Assembly (NCBI GenBank): GCA_026023565.1
Contig: JAPETS010000008.1
Location: forward strand, 806,001-870,000
Length of the DNA stretch: 64,000 nucleotides
Direction of reading: 5' to 3'
Origin: Cirrosporium novae-zelandiae
Taxonomy: Eukaryota
This document shows, one piece after another, positions 10,064-24,244 of the stretch. Each line of letters opens with the position of its first letter. The stretch's first letter is position 1. A model generated the notes under the pieces. The model was not told the origin of the DNA and did no database searches. It worked only from the letters and a program-made list of their open reading frames with translations. Both the position numbers and the translations under genes were made by a program.

Positions 10064-13036
10064 GCAGTCCTCAATTTCTTCCCGCCCTTCCTAGCCCTCT
10101 CCCTCTCGCCCTTCTCATCCCTAAGCGTCCCCGCAACCTCGACTTTCCTTCTCCCGTCCCCCAACCCCCCATCCTCGTTTCCATCTTCAACACCCATCCT
10201 CTGCAGCAGGAGCCTACGCGCCTTATCCGCCTCTGGGTCTTCATACCCCAGCTGCGTGCTCGGGGCTGCTTCCATAGATATGGCATCTAGACCCCGGTCC
10301 CCCATCTCCATTGCCATTGATTCTGGGGAGTGGCTGCGGGATATGCTTGAGAGGTTGGATGTGAGGGAGCTGGTGCGGCTTAGGGGGTCACGTTTTGATT
10401 TTCCTTTTTCTTTTTCTTTTTCTCTTGAAGATGCGGTTGCGTTTATGGAGGAAGAAGATTCGTTGCTGGAGAAGAGGTTGTTGGCGATGGCGGAGAGGTT
10501 GGAGGTTGCGCGGCCTAGGAGGGCTCGGTGGCGGCGGGGGTGGTTGGGCAGGTCTACGACCGTGCCGGTGGGGAGGGAGGCCGTGCGCTGGAGTTTGGAT
10601 TTCTTGTGCGCGAGGAGGGCGGAGATGGTTGCGGAGATTGTGGGGTCGGTTGCGGGTTTTGGGGGGGCGGTGGGGGTGGGTTTTTTGGGGGATGATAGCG
10701 AGATGGCTTTTGTCGAGGAGGTTGTTGGCTGTTTTGCGGGGGGACTCGTGCCGGGGTTTGGATTTGGGGGTATTTTATTTAGTTTTTTTTCGTCCCCATC
10801 TTTTTTATCCTCTATTGCCGGTTGCAGTTGTTGGTTTTGATTTTGATTCCTCGTACTCTTCCGAAAAGCGTCCCCGTCGATTTCAACTATAGATGCGAAT
10901 GATGACGTTGCGGCTAGACCAATATCTTCTTGTTTGCTTTCGGTTTCAATCCGTGCCTTCGAAATTGCAGTCACAGCATCTCCATCCGATTGTGAATCAG
11001 CTTTCGTTTTGGTTTTTGGTGTTTGCTTGGCCGCTAATCTAGATTTGGCTGCCTGGACTTGTATTGGATCAACTCGATGAAGATGTCTACTAGTTTTTTT
11101 CAAAATCATCTCAAATGTCTCTTCCTGTTCCCCTGAGCTTTCCTTAGTCTCGGCCGCGGTTGAATTAGATGTTCTTTGTGCTCCGCCTCCTGTTTCTATT
11201 CCAGATGGGCTGGGCATCAAGTACTCCTCAAAAGGCAGTACCTGCTCCGTACATATACAATTCCAGAGCCAGTCTTCTGAAACAACAGGGACGTTCCATA
11301 TATGTGCGTAACGACGTTTGTCAGAGACAACAGTGGGTTTTGAATTGCTGCAAACTAGTACGGACGTCTTTTGAGAAAAGTTATCGGTAAAAGTCCCCCC
11401 AGCTAGTGTCACAGCTTTGGATAGGTGTAAAAGGTGAGTATTCAGAATACCAGTTGAAGACAAGGTCATGGACTCGAATAAAGGAATTTTAGATTTGAAG
11501 AATGGTTTATTAGGGACGGATGAGGAAGGGGGGACGAAAGAGCGGGAGAATATGCAATTTTCAACCCACATTTCTGTGACAAAGGTTAGGTCGTCCGAAA
11601 TATCGAAGGTCGGAAGCTGAGAAATTGGAAGGCGATGGGAAACGACAACGAAAATGTTCAGGTTAGCGTCTGGTGCGTCTGCTATCAACATGGAGAGGGA
11701 AGACGGATCGGGAATGATCATCGCGTCGTATGATTCTAGTGAGTTACGGAGAACTTGGGTCTACAAAGGAGTGAGCAAGCAGAACTTTGTAGACGGAGAT
11801 ATGTAAATGGAAGTGATGCACGCACCTGTCTGTCTGTAAACCCATGTAGCAAGAATGATTTACCATAAAATATCTCCCCTGGTTTAGAGTCGACTAAACT
11901 TTCTAGTCCTTGAACTTGATCTTCGATCCTGTCCTCATGCCAGACTGGAGCAGTAGGCATAGCTCCGCTTCCAGTATTTGCATCACCTTCCCCTTCAGAA
12001 TCTGTATGCACCTTTTTTGCCTTCAAATCTTCTTCTTCTTCTTCCCATTGATCGTGATGCTCAGTGGGTTTGCTAGATCCGCCGGTCACGATATCACTCC
12101 AGATACTTTGATTCTGGCTCTGTAACTTCACGCTCGCGGTTCTTCTCAATTTTCTCGTCATACTCCGCCCAACCGAATCGCTTGCCTCTCGTGGCCTTTT
12201 ACCTAGAGTCGTAGTGGACACGGTTCTTCTTACCCATGCTCCTTTCCCCTTCTCCTCTTCTGGAATGTCCAAATTATAAGCTCCCTCATCAAGAACCATG
12301 CCTCTTTTCAAACTATCCCTCAGCCACTCAATAGACACAATGTGCAAACCCCACATATTAGCATATCTGTACTTAGCTCCCTCAGCCACACAGGCGATGA
12401 GATGGGTTGCAGTTTTAGCAAGATCACCACTGTAAATGCCGCCACTCTCGGTGATTGTTGCTTCGATAGTCTGACGAAATTCAACTATACCATTCACGAA
12501 CATTGTTAGCTCATTTCAAAAAGTAGGTCGTATTAAGAATATGCATACGATCTGAAAACCCAGTAATCGAAATTCTGCATCCCTCGAGCGCTGGCAATCT
12601 ATACTCGGCCTCCAACTTCTCAACGTCGGTTTCCCCGCCGAGTATCCATGACTGCCGCACCGCCTCAACCCATTCCGGCTTTAGAACTTTCACATCTTCC
12701 CGTTGACGAGCAACGTACTTGTATTTTGGCGTGTTGGTATCACCGACGAGTAGGTGCGTTACGTCAGAAGTGAGGTCTAACTTGTGGGTTGCGCCCATTT
12801 GGGCTGCAATGAAGACGAGTTCGCTCTGGATGTATCGAGAACCAATTAGCCAAGGTTTTGTTACAATTGTGGTAAACTAATCTCCAGGGACTATATATCA
12901 TACTCGTTTTTCGGGGACGATAGAGGTGCAGCAGAGAACAACGCCTTGAAGAGGCATCTGGGAATAATCTATATGTAGACCGTATATCAGTAAGGTCTCT
13001 TTTATTTGATACCAAGGTACATACTTGGGCCTCCAT
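10057..13036 (-). CDS. Multi-BRCT replication/checkpoint protein, Rad4/Cut5/Dpb11 (TopBP1) family
   Basis: Spliced exons give PLQGVVLCCTSI, MGATHKLDLTSDVTHLLVG...KYKYV, GG.YSGDL...THLIA...WLRDS and VPVVSEDWLW (four BRCT-like repeats), plus C-terminal STQLGYED. Confidence 0.85.
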
Positions 13037-13801
13037 GATCGGCCATTGTCCCTCAATTGACCCCCTATGAAGCACCTCTTGCCTGAATATCCAAACTTGG
13101 GAACAAAGACTTAAGGTTTGATACATGTACTTTATGAAGTCGCGTAAATCGCGTTATTGATCAATGCCACTTTGGCGTGCAGGGATACAAGTGCTTGTGC
13201 ATATGAAAACACTAGGGCTTGGCCTACATCATCCTACAATGGCAACACCATCCAACACCATACTTTCGAGATATTTACAATTTCTGGACTTACTCAAACA
13301 AAACAAGGAGTATCTCCCTAAGGGATTTGGTGCCATAACATACGCGAGCTTATTAGGTTTAAATATTGCTATTATTAAGCCACTAATCTTCTATATGGAA
13401 TTGGACATATTAATATTAGACAATGAGTTGAATTTCAATTCTTTGTTTCAAGACTAATGCCTTCATAATGTACATGTGTGATCTTTCAAACGCCGTCCTA
13501 AGGAAACAATCCATGAGTTTCCACCGGCCTAGTGCCCCATATTCTCTTATTGTACAATTCAAGTCTTGTTCATTATAATCCTCTCATCAATCCTGCACGC
13601 CTAGCCAGTTGAAAGCACATTCATTTCGGTCATTAGCCAGAGTTCTAAGGCAACCCAATCCAGTACCTGCATCAGTAACGCCCTGCTGAGCAAAACAATC
13701 ATCGAAACCAGTCGGAAAATGTAAACAGCAAAACTAAAGAAGTTCAAAGTTCATTTTGTGAGCACATGTGAAAGACAGCAAGTTTTATACGTTAAGCTCA
13801 A

Positions 13802-14641
13802 TCATCTCCAAACAATTTGCAACACCCCTATTGTGATTCCTAATCCTATTGCCCACAACTGGTATTCTATCCTCGAGCCGATAGAAGATATCTCAAAAGG
13901 ACTCCCGCCTCCTCCAAAGGCATCGGCATTTGAGCTGTCTGACTGGTCGGCTTTGCTAGTAATGACAGTAGCATGGCCATTATCGACTGCCGTGACACGG
14001 AATCCTCCGCCTCCATCTGTACTGGTTGAAGTGGTAGTAGACGTTTTCGGAGAGGTAGACGGGGTCGATGCAAGGTCAAGCGATGATTCCTTGGTGGCCG
14101 TTGTGAGTGTCGAAGCGGTTGAGGCAGAAGTAGAGGTGGAGACGGAAGTAGAAGTGGGGGTAGAAGAGGAGGTAGAAACGGACGATGCTATGGAGGCGGA
14201 TGCTGAGGTGGTTTGCGATGCTGAAGTTGCGGCAGCTGTGCTCGTAGATGCGGTCTTATCGGAGTCGGAAGAGGTAACAGTTTCCCCTTTAGCAGTCTTC
14301 GTGTTTGAAGCAATGGCAGAAGCAGAGCTAGAAGGATTGTAATTCGGACACATCTTCTCAACTCCTTTGCCCCGAAAGAAAAAGGCTATCAGGGTATCCG
14401 AATCGGCTGAGCTTCCACGGCATATTGTATTCAACTCAATGGTAAGTGTTTGAAGGCTGGCAATGCACTTAGAGGTACAGACACCTTTGGCGAATTGAGA
14501 GGTTGAGCAGTTAGGGATATCTGAGTAGTAGACAGCGGTACAGCTAGTTGAAAAGTCTGTGATGGATTGATAGTCCCCCAAGCTAACCCCAAGAGCTCCA
14601 GGTAGGATAGAGAGGGCCAGGATTGGGAATAGAAGAAGCAT
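13802..14641 (-). CDS. Secreted Ser/Thr-rich protein with N-terminal Cys-rich domain, probably GPI- or membrane-anchored
   Basis: Signal peptide, six-Cys domain, long S/T stalk, hydrophobic C-terminus; single 279-aa ORF. Confidence 0.8.
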   Translation of the reverse strand: MLLLFPILALSILPGALGVSLGDYQSITDFSTSCTAVYYSDIPNCSTSQFAKGVCTSKCIASLQTLTIELNTICRGSSADSDTLIAFFFRGKGVEKMCPNYNPSSSASAIASNTKTAKGETVTSSDSDKTASTSTAAATSASQTTSASASIASSVSTSSSTPTSTSVSTSTSASTASTLTTATKESSLDLASTPSTSPKTSTTTSTSTDGGGGFRVTAVDNGHATVITSKADQSDSSNADAFGGGGSPFEISSIGSRIEYQLWAIGLGITIGVLQIVWR

Positions 14642-16561
14642 ATTGGTAAGCTTGGGAGGATGAATTGAGGTTAATGCAGATGATATTGAATTGACGAGGG
14701 ATTATAATGCTCGTAAGCAAAGGCCAAGGGTCGTGGATGTGTTCGAGAAAGGTTGGTAATGCTCGAGTCCCAAAGGCTGGCTCAGTAGATATGGCCTGAT
14801 CCGATGCTATGATGTCTGAATGCCTGGTCGCCGACAACTACAACAACAACCGCAACAATAACGACGACAACAAACGTACGTTAAAAGTACTTTCCACAAC
14901 AAGAATCAAGAGTCCCCTTGAAATCATAAAACCCTAAGTGAAAGTCGACATAATACTGCACATGTCGCTAGAAACAAATTAAAATATTGGTTACCTGTGT
15001 AAACGAATCCGACATAACTGGGAGCCAACATCAGCAAACTGATGACCGGGAGGTCTTCCGTTAATATGACTTCTGCTGGCTGGCTGACTTGGATACTAGT
15101 CAGTCATAAAACTTTCTGCAGCAACTCCTTTCAGAGCCACAGAACTAAAGGTTTCTAGATCCAGCCAAGAGGATGACCATGTCTCGCCAATGCATCAAGC
15201 AGACATTCCATTTTGTGCGGCCAACCCCAGAAGGATACTGTCCGTCCTCTCAAATCATAATTGAGAGCTATGTGGGCTTGCTTTCGGATAACAAGGGCCA
15301 TCGGCGAGTAACTATCATCATCGTAACAAATGATGAAGCAACATCGGGAAGACCTTTGTTTGAAGGAGTAAGATGAAACCCTTGGAAGGCGGTTGTAAGC
15401 ATTTTCAAGCATCTGGTTGGCGGCAATGGACAGAATTTTCCATGCAACCGGCCTTCGGTCTTAAAGTCTCTTACACGCCGATTCACTTTAGTCCTGACTT
15501 GACTTGTACAGTACAGTACCTCAGGCATCGATATTATACAATATATACAATCTAATAACCTACTTATACATCTTCAATCTTTTAATCCTCTTGATCTGAT
15601 AAGTTATAAAAGTTTGATATGGAAAGAGAAGAAGAAAACTTCAAATATCTGTCATAATCCCTCCTCTCTTTCACTAGTTATCATCTAAGGGGGTACGTCC
15701 TAAGTATATATATAAGCATTAAGCCAACAACTCTTTTCTTCCCTTGGCTTGATCAGTCAATGCTATAGACGATAGTGCCATCAGGTACTTTATTAGTCGA
15801 AGTCTCTGATTTTTGTTGCTTTAAGTAAACCATCGTGACCATCTACTATTCTTCTACGTCTTCCTATATGGGTCTAGGTCTTTACGGTCATGCATTCTCT
15901 GCATTAGCATATAATTCAATACACCATAATATCTCATTTACCTCTCCTTAGTTTTATTTTATTTATCAACTCATTGAAAATATTTGCTTGTGTTGTTAAT
16001 ACACCCCTAAATCCAACTTCCTTGAGAGGAGGAACTTTCTTGTGAAGTTCAATGCTGAAATGAAGAACCTATGAGATGGAACAGATGGTTCCTATTTGAA
16101 TACTAAGCTATTAAGAAAAGGTCTAACCATTAAGCATATTGCATCTCTGAGCAACGACTTTCCCCATGGCTCTAGTAGAAGATAAGAGACACCTCAAGAT
16201 CTGTATGATGATTACATCTGGATAAGCTAGAATCTACATAATTAACTATGGCATATAAAAACCCGTAAATTTTTTAAATTCTTAGAAAAAAAGATGGATT
16301 GACCAAAGTAGATATAGTCTTTAAGAATTAATTATTCCTTCGTGGTTTATATTATATATATTTGTAGTAATGACCAGATCACAGTCAACGTTTGGTCGGT
16401 CGGGATGTTGTCATCGATCACGGAACGGAATCTTCCGTAGCTTGGCCCAACCCAATCCGAAAGTTTCCTCTCAAAATCATGAAATCCATCATCTTCATTC
16501 CTAAACCATCGCCATCAAGACCTATGAAACTTTTATTCATCACTCTCTTGACCCTTTCACT

Positions 16562-19433
16562 ATGAGTCAAGAGTATTATAAGGGCGAGGGAAAGTCTCGT
16601 CGGAGTTCATCCACCGATAAGCCTGCCAACTCCCCCTCTCGAATCCGAAGCCCACCGCCTGGCCCATTCCAACGCCCAAGCTATATGACCGTTGGCTCCG
16701 GATCAACTTCTGCCAGTGCAGCTGCTCTTATGGCTTCGCTGGAGAATGATTCTGGCTATGGTAGCTTTGCCAATGGCGAATCCGAGCCGAATTTCCCTCG
16801 TTTTAATCCTAGTCTTGCGGCCGATCGTCCAACACCAAGCCATACGCCTACACATCCCGGAGAATATAATGAAGCCGCTGACCATGAGCGTAGAGTCCTC
16901 GCGGCACACGTTCACCAACTGCAGTTTAACCAAAATCGAGCCTCCCTTTCTCGCGCCATCATCAAGACTATAGAGCTTCTTAAGAATTTGCAGGAGGAAA
17001 ACAAAACATGGCCAGCCCACTATCCAGCTGTCCAGAATATGCCGGGCTACCAGCAAAACGCGTCGGAACGAAGACCATCAATGCAGCAATCACATTCTAC
17101 AATGGGAGACTATTCAGAATCGTCTTTCAGACCATCTGCCCCAAAAAGAGCAGCTACGTCATTAGAAGAGACCTTCGGGGAGGAATCGAGTACTGTAGCG
17201 GAAAAAAGACCAGCACCAGAGCCAAGGCTTTTCACACCACAAATTCAGAATGACTTCTCAATATTGAAGCTGAACCTGAATATGGGATCCTTACCACAGG
17301 CGGATCTAGTGCATTCCCTTGACAAGCAATCGATCGCTTCGCTGTTAGATGGAAAAATTAGAGACAGTATAAGGCATTTGCTCCTACTAAGGGACCGAAT
17401 CGAGGATACGTCTAGCAAGGTTTTGGTTACCGGCGATTTGAATGCTGGAAAAAGTACGTTCTGCAATGCCCTGTTGAGGAGGAAAGTTCTACCAGAGGAC
17501 CAGCAACCATGCACAAGCATCTTCTGTGAGGTGCTCCATGCGAGAGAAAATGGAAATATGGAAGAGGTACATGCTATCCACAAAGGTGCTGTTTATAACC
17601 GAAACGACGAGAGCACATACGACGTCTACAAACTGGAAGAGTTGGAGAATATCGTTATAGACAACGCCAAATATATTCAGTGCAAGGTCTACGTCAAGGA
17701 TGAAAGGAATCTGGATGAATCCTTGTTAAATAACGGAGTTATGGATATCTCCATCATTGACGCCCCTGGCCTGAATTCCGACTCTCTAAAGACAACCGCA
17801 GTGTTCACAAGGCAGGAAGAGATCGACGTTGTTGTTTTTGTCGTCTCTGCTGCTAACCACTTTACCCTTTCAGCCAAGGAATTTATCTGGAACGCTGCTC
17901 ACGAGAAGGCTTACATTTTCATGGTTGTCAATGGATTTGACAATATAAGGGATAAGAAGCGATGTGAGCGCATGATCCTGGAACAAGTCGCCAATCTCAG
18001 TCCCCGAACCTTCAAGGAATCATCTGAGCTGGTCCACTTTGTTTCCAGCAATGCCATCCCGGTTGCTCCTCCGATGCCTGGCAATGGACCCGGGGGTGAT
18101 GGCCCTGGTGGCTCCGGTTCAGGGGGGTTTTCGGGACCTTCAGGTGAACCGGATGACGAGGATAAATCCAAATCCAAAGGCAAAGGGAAGGCTGCTGCCA
18201 TCAAGAAACAAAACATGGCTGATTTCGCTCACCTCGAAGCTTCCCTCCGCCGCTTCGTTCTTGAAAAACGATCTCGCTCTAAACTTTTCCCCGCAAAAAC
18301 GTATCTTCTCAACGTTCTCAACGATCTCTTGCGTCTCGCTAGTGTTAACCGCGACGTCGCGCAAGCTGAGTTCAAGCGTGTGTCTACCGAGCTTGAAACG
18401 GTAGAGCCACAGTTTAATGCTGCACAGAGGGCTTCTAAGGAGGTCACTGACAAAGTCTACCGTAATAATGATGATGCTTATTCCAATGTCTTTGAGCATA
18501 CCCTTACCACCCTTGACACCACAATCCGTCATATTGGTGATGCTGACCTAGATGTGCCTTACCCTGGCCTCTGGTCAGCTTTCCAATACGCGGATGATCT
18601 CAGAGTTGCGATGCTTGATCATATTACATCTGCGGTGGAGTCCTGCGAAGACTACGCTAGGGGCCGTTCCACACAAGGTGTCAATGCAATAAAATGCCTC
18701 GGCCTCCGTAATGTTGGCGAAAAATTCCCTGATCTCACCTTTAGGTCAGATCTCATGTTCCGAAAACGGAGGGATACATTGGCTAGACAAATTGATACCC
18801 AAGTTGATGTATGGGATTTCTTTGATTTTAGTAGCATATGGGCTCAGCAGGAGAAACTTGCTGGGACTAGTATGGCGGTCACAGTGGCCGGTATCGTTGG
18901 TGGGCGCTTGATTGGAGGAGTCAACTTGGTTGATTCGACACTCAGCGTTGTGAAGGTTGTTGGTGTGAAAAATTTGAAGTACATGGTTGTTCCAGGATTG
19001 ATTGCAAGTGGTATGTTTTCCCCCTATCCCCTCTTCACATAATACTTTGCTAACAGAAATCTCCTTTGCAGTCGTTCTAGCAGGAACCTACGTCCTCCAC
19101 CTCCTCCCCCAAACCCTTCCTCATACCATCTCCCGAAAACTTCAAGCCTCACTTCTCACTCCTTCTCCATTTCCCAACGCCCATAAAATGACATACCCAC
19201 AACAAAACGCTACTCGCATTGCCTCTGAAGTCCGTAAAGTCCTGCACGTTCCCTCAACCCAACTATCTGCACAGCTCCAGACTCAAGCAAAGGATCTTGG
19301 AGAGAAGAAAGAAGGGCTGGGGAAGAGGAAGGAAGAGTGCCACGATGCACAGAAGTGGTTTGATAGATGTGTGAGGGAAGTTGAGGGGAATAAGAGGGGA
19401 GTAGAGGGTGTAGAATTGGACACCGTAGGCTAG
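16562..19433 (+). CDS. FZO1: Mitofusin, transmembrane GTPase Fzo1
   Basis: SSKVLVTGDLNAGKST P-loop, LPEDQQPCT, IDAPGLN, RQEEIDVVVFVV, FVLEKR. Intron about 19011-19070 before the last exon. Confidence 0.95.
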
Positions 19434-19978
19434 ATGCAGAATGCGACATCGTATAACGTGTATTCCATGTGGCGTTTCAGGAGGTGTCTATGATCCGCAG
19501 GGGTAAGGCCTAAAAATACATGAACAGGAACCCCAAGAGAAACGGAATGAAATGGGAATGCACGCTCGCCTCTCTTTTACTCTCCGGTTGGAGAAAAATT
19601 GTTCTATACCTATGATGATTCACCAGATCAGTCACTATATTTACGATGGATTCCAATGTCTTTCATTCTCTTTTTTTTTGTTTTACAAATAGCCTTTCTT
19701 GTGTATGTCGTTGATACCTTGTACAAATGATCAAAAAATAATGCATGATATTGATATATGATCCTTCGTTTGAACATGTATTCAACTTCGTAGGGGGCAT
19801 GTACTCGTAGGTCCAATTAGACTCGGTACTATCATTTCTAGGATCATTGATGACGGCATATAAAAAGCATTCTTTCAGTGAATTCATAGCAGAGCCTTGC
19901 ATTGCTCTATTCCTGTCCAATCCAAACACCGCAACACCCTGCAATGTGAACATATTAATATCCCAAGTATCATGAAAT

Positions 19979-20773
19979 TTATCGTCGTAAGTCGTCGAAC
20001 CGAGCCATCAAGTCGTCATCTGGATTTCCACCAGAAGCGCCACCACCGATTGCTTCGGCGACTCTTCCTTCGGGAACTGCAGTTTTCTGGAGACCGCTTG
20101 GGGTTTCGCCCAGCTGTTGGAAGGGAAAGTATTAGCATATGAATGATCAAACCGTAGCATACTATAACGCCGTAAGCCAAAACCTACCGCTTGTCCCAGA
20201 TCTACGCCAATTTCGTCTAGCACCTCTCTAACAACCTCTTCTCCCTCTTCCTCGTCTTCTAATCCTGTCACGTCATCAATCGCATCATCCATCATCTCCT
20301 GTCTCTGATCCATAATATCGTTTTCCCTCTCAAACTCCATGGCGATCCTCTGCAGCGCCGGCAAGTTCATACTCCGATTCATACTCCCTAGCAGAGTCGT
20401 GGCCCCCTTCATACTCTGCATCATCTGCTCGTTGCTTCTAACCGTCTGAATCCTCAGGCTGATCGCCTGCAGCTGCGTCCGCATCGCATGGAACTTTTGG
20501 ATGTAGCGTCGGGTGCGCACAAGGTCCTTGGCCTGGATCTTGCACGCACCCATCTGGCCCGCCTTGGCGGACTTCTTGATGTCCGCAATGAGTTTGCGCT
20601 CTTGGGTTTCGAGCTTTTGACGTTCGCGGTCGAGTTCGCGTTGGGTGCGCTCGAGCGACCGCTGGTGTTTACGAAGCCGCTCGGCGGGGGTGAGGCGTTT
20701 GCCGAAGGCCCATTCGATGATCTAGAGGATTAGATAGTTGTAGTATGTGGGAAAGATCAATACGTACATTCAT
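19979..20773 (-). CDS. DID4: ESCRT-III subunit Did4/Vps2 (CHMP2)
   Basis: MN|IIEWAFGKRLTPAERLRK..., AKDLVRTRRY, MEFERE; last exon ends DDDLMARFDDLRR (MIM1 motif). Two introns. Confidence 0.93.
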
Positions 20774-21185
20774 GCTGTATGGTTGATGATGGAGAATTTA
20801 GTAGAGAGTCTAACGAGGGAATATATTGCAGAGTTTTGAGATGCTAAATATAAAGAAAGGGAAGCTTTAGGTAGTCAAAACACCTGGCTGCCTGGTGAGC
20901 GTTGGATAGCATTATCGAACAGTCGATTTAGTAGCGATTGCGATATAGTCACGTGAAAGAAAAGCTTGGGTGGAGCTTTTAAGTGCCAGTTCATTTTTTT
21001 CAACCATTTTTTTCTTCTCTTTTTCAATTCTTCAAAATGAGTCCTCTGTAAATTCATTTCTCGAGGTTCTTCCAGACTTTCTCCAACCCTAATGATGGAT
21101 GGAGAATCTCTACTCTCAATTAATCATTCCTCTCCCCGTTTCTCTGTGCCACTTCTACTAATCTAACATAAAACAATCTTCCGCC

Positions 21186-21890
21186 ATGCCGCCTCGACTT
21201 TTCCGCATCCCTACCACCACCTCTTTCCACCATGTCCCCTTCTCTTTCACCCCCTTCCGCCTCACTCACACAAAGCCCCAAACTGTTTGGCTCTTAGACA
21301 TTATTTTCCCCCCTGGCTTTCGCCAAACTGTTTCGTATGCCGTCCGCTTCAGCTTCGCGCTAATGCTACTCTACGAAACCGGCTTCGGCATACATGCAAC
21401 AGTTGGTCCCTCAATGCTTCCCACCATCTCCGTCAGTGGTGACTGGGTGATCGTATCGCGGCTCCATGCTAAGGGCAAGGGTGTGCAGAGAGGAGATCTG
21501 GTGAGCGCGTGGACGCCCATGAGGCATAGTGACGGACCAGCCCTCAAGAGAGTAATTGGGTTGCCGGGGGACTTCGTATGTAAGGATAGACCTGCGGCAG
21601 GTGACGTGGGCTCGGATGGGCTTATGATACAGGTGAGTTTGTGAGTCTACCTTTTTGTCCTCTACCTATCTGTATTCAATCATGGCCAAAAATGCTAACA
21701 CGCTGAGATTCAGGTCCCCGAAGGCCACTGCTGGATTGCAGGAGATAACCTCCCCTACTCTCGCGACTCACGCCATTATGGACCTGTCCCACTAGCCCTG
21801 ATTCGGGGGAAAGTGATAGCAAAAATCTTTCCCTGGTCCGAAAGGAAATGGTTCCACAATGGCTTACAACCTCCCGAGCAGATATCATGA
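21186..21890 (+). CDS. IMP1: Mitochondrial inner membrane peptidase subunit 1 (peptidase S26)
   Basis: GPSMLPT, KRVIGLPGD; after intron about 21633-21713, VPEGHCWIAGDN...SRDSRHYGPVPLALIRGK. Confidence 0.88.
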
Positions 21891-23044
21891 TCATCTATCT
21901 ATCCCCCCACCAAAAACAACAACTAAAAGACCAACCATTGTAATATAAAACGTACCAAACAAGAGCATTATGCATAACTTAAAAAACTCGGTACAAATAC
22001 TCATGATGAGTCGAAATGACTAACGATTCAAATATTCCAACTTCTTTTTCTTTTCTTTTTTTTTTCTTTTTTTTTATCTTCACCCATATATACAACCCCC
22101 CCAAAAAAGCTTTCAAAAAAATTTCGCTAGAGCTACGCGTCTCCAACTTCTGGACGTGGCAGTGTGGACAGGGAAGCAAGAAAAACATTTTTCCTCGAGT
22201 TGATCCGATTAAGGGGGCTTAAAAACTACTTGTGTCCCCTTTTTTTCTCGATCGCTGGGGAGACAAATTCGTCGTCGTCATTATCTATATTATATTTACT
22301 TATATATACGCAGTTTTTTTTGTGTTAGAATAATTACTAAAGAGTATACCACATCCACCCTAAATCCATCTACTTGAAATTTTTCTATACCCTGTACTGT
22401 ACTTCTCAGAAACATGTACATGCACAAATAAAAGAAAAGAAATATATAATAAGAAAAATTATAAATAAAATCTCTGGTCGGTGTCTTTTTTATGACTTTA
22501 TATCTCATAGGTACAGTACAGTAGTACATACCTTTATATCCGCCATAACAGTTTCTTTCCCCTTTCAAGTCCAGCAATTGACCTACTTGACTGTAAAACT
22601 ATGAGATGTTTTTTTTCTTCTTCTTTTCTTTATAGTACCCTCAAAATCCCATAACCATCTAAACATCTCAGCCATCCACCCAACCCCCCTAGCACCATAC
22701 AACCATCCAACCATACAACCACACATAACCATCCCCAAAACACATCCAATCACCACCAACCATCATCATCTACCCTCTATTACATACACATACATCCTCC
22801 CGCCACAAAAACCCTCCCAAAAAAACCCTCAAAAAATCTTTTTAAAATTAAATTATATAAGTTATAAGTTATAAGTTGTAATCTTCCCGCTTTCCCACTT
22901 TCTTTTCCCCTTACGAAGACAGCGCCGTGGAAAGGGGAAAGGAAAGGGGGGAAGAAGATAAAGAAACGAGGAAGGGAAGAAGGGAAGGGAAAGAGTGATT
23001 ATAATGATAATGATGAAGATAATGTCTCCCCAAATTAATGCATG

Positions 23045-23230
23045 CAGCCAACCAACCAAGCCAACCAACCGGCAAACCAACAAACCAACCAGCCTTTTTA
23101 GGATTCCCACCTCCCAATCCATCCATCCATCCATTGCCATAACATTGCCAGCCAGCCTGCCTGCCTGCCAATAATAACAACCGAACAAACGAACAATCAA
23201 ACAAACAAACAAACCCATTCATCCATCCGT
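23045..23230. repeat. Compound tetranucleotide low-complexity tract (CCAA, CATC, GCCT, AAAC)
   Basis: Visible short tandem runs in the 3' UTR of the DUF1264 gene. Confidence 0.7.
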
Positions 23231-23236
23231 CTCCCA

Positions 23237-24244
23237 TCACTCCTCGGTAAAAACGGACGACTGCGCACCCAAAAACAACCCATCATCAACATCGCCACTC
23301 CACCTCCTCCCGCCCTCGCCCCAAGCCCCACTATCAAACCTAGTACTCCTCCCCTTGCCCTTATCGCTCTTAACGTCCTCCCAGAACCCATCCACACCCT
23401 CCTCGAGCACGGGTTCGGGAATTTCCTTGCGAATCTCCCTCTTCTTCTCGGTATCAACCCGAAACCTCCGATCCCGCTCGCGGATCCTCTTGTTCATATC
23501 TAGACTCTCCCACTCTTCCTGCGTGCGGATCGAGCCCATGAGTTCGGGGAACCCCATGGGCACCCTGTCGTCGCGGTCGACGCGCCAGAGATGGAATGTT
23601 TTCCCGTACAGCTCGATAACGTCGTACATTTCCGATGTTTCGGCCGTGTCCCAAGCCGCGGCGGGCATGACGATGGAGGCGAGTTTGGAGGTGGGCGTTT
23701 TGGGTGGGAGTGGCATTACGAGCATGCCTGATTTTACTTCGAAGATATGCGAGTGCCATAGACGGCGTTCTGGTAGTGGTAGCGTGCGGAACAGGCGCGG
23801 CGTTATCATGTATTCGATGCCGATTAGACGCGAGGGTGGCGTGGGTGAGTCGTAGATTAGGCATTGGCGTACATCTAAGGGAGTTGAGGTTGAGGTGCTG
23901 TGAGTGATTGCTAGATGGATGGATGGATGGTGGGAGGGGGAAGAGAATGGAAAGGAAGTAAGTATTCTTGACTACTTACCTTCGTTTAGATGCGAGCAGT
24001 AATGGTTGGCTTCCACAACCACATCTGGATCCCTGGCGTACACGTGGAAAGCGTTGAGAAAAGCGCAAACTTGGTTCACGGGGCTGAAGTCTTGAACCAT
24101 CGAGGCACCGGTATCGAGGATAGTAGATTTGGCTGTGTGAGACGTGCCTGCTGCTTTATTGGTTGTTTGATCTTCAGCTCTCGGATTTCCTTCGGTGGGA
24201 AGTACCTTGGCAAGAGTTTTGGCAAGGGGAGTATTGGGTTCCAT
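23237..24244 (-). CDS. DUF1264 / oil-body-associated-protein-like protein
   Basis: [11 protein letters not shown]...[10 protein letters not shown], (intron about 23877-23979) [10 protein letters not shown]...[28 protein letters not shown]. Start taken at ATG 24244. Confidence 0.88.

Noticed and set aside
10256..10892. Plus-strand ORFs of 194 and 165 aa
   Set aside because: Antisense shadows of the low-complexity BRCT C-terminus.
13758..14342. 194-aa Glu/Val/Ala-rich ORF on the plus strand
   Set aside because: Antisense shadow of the Ser/Thr-rich secreted protein.
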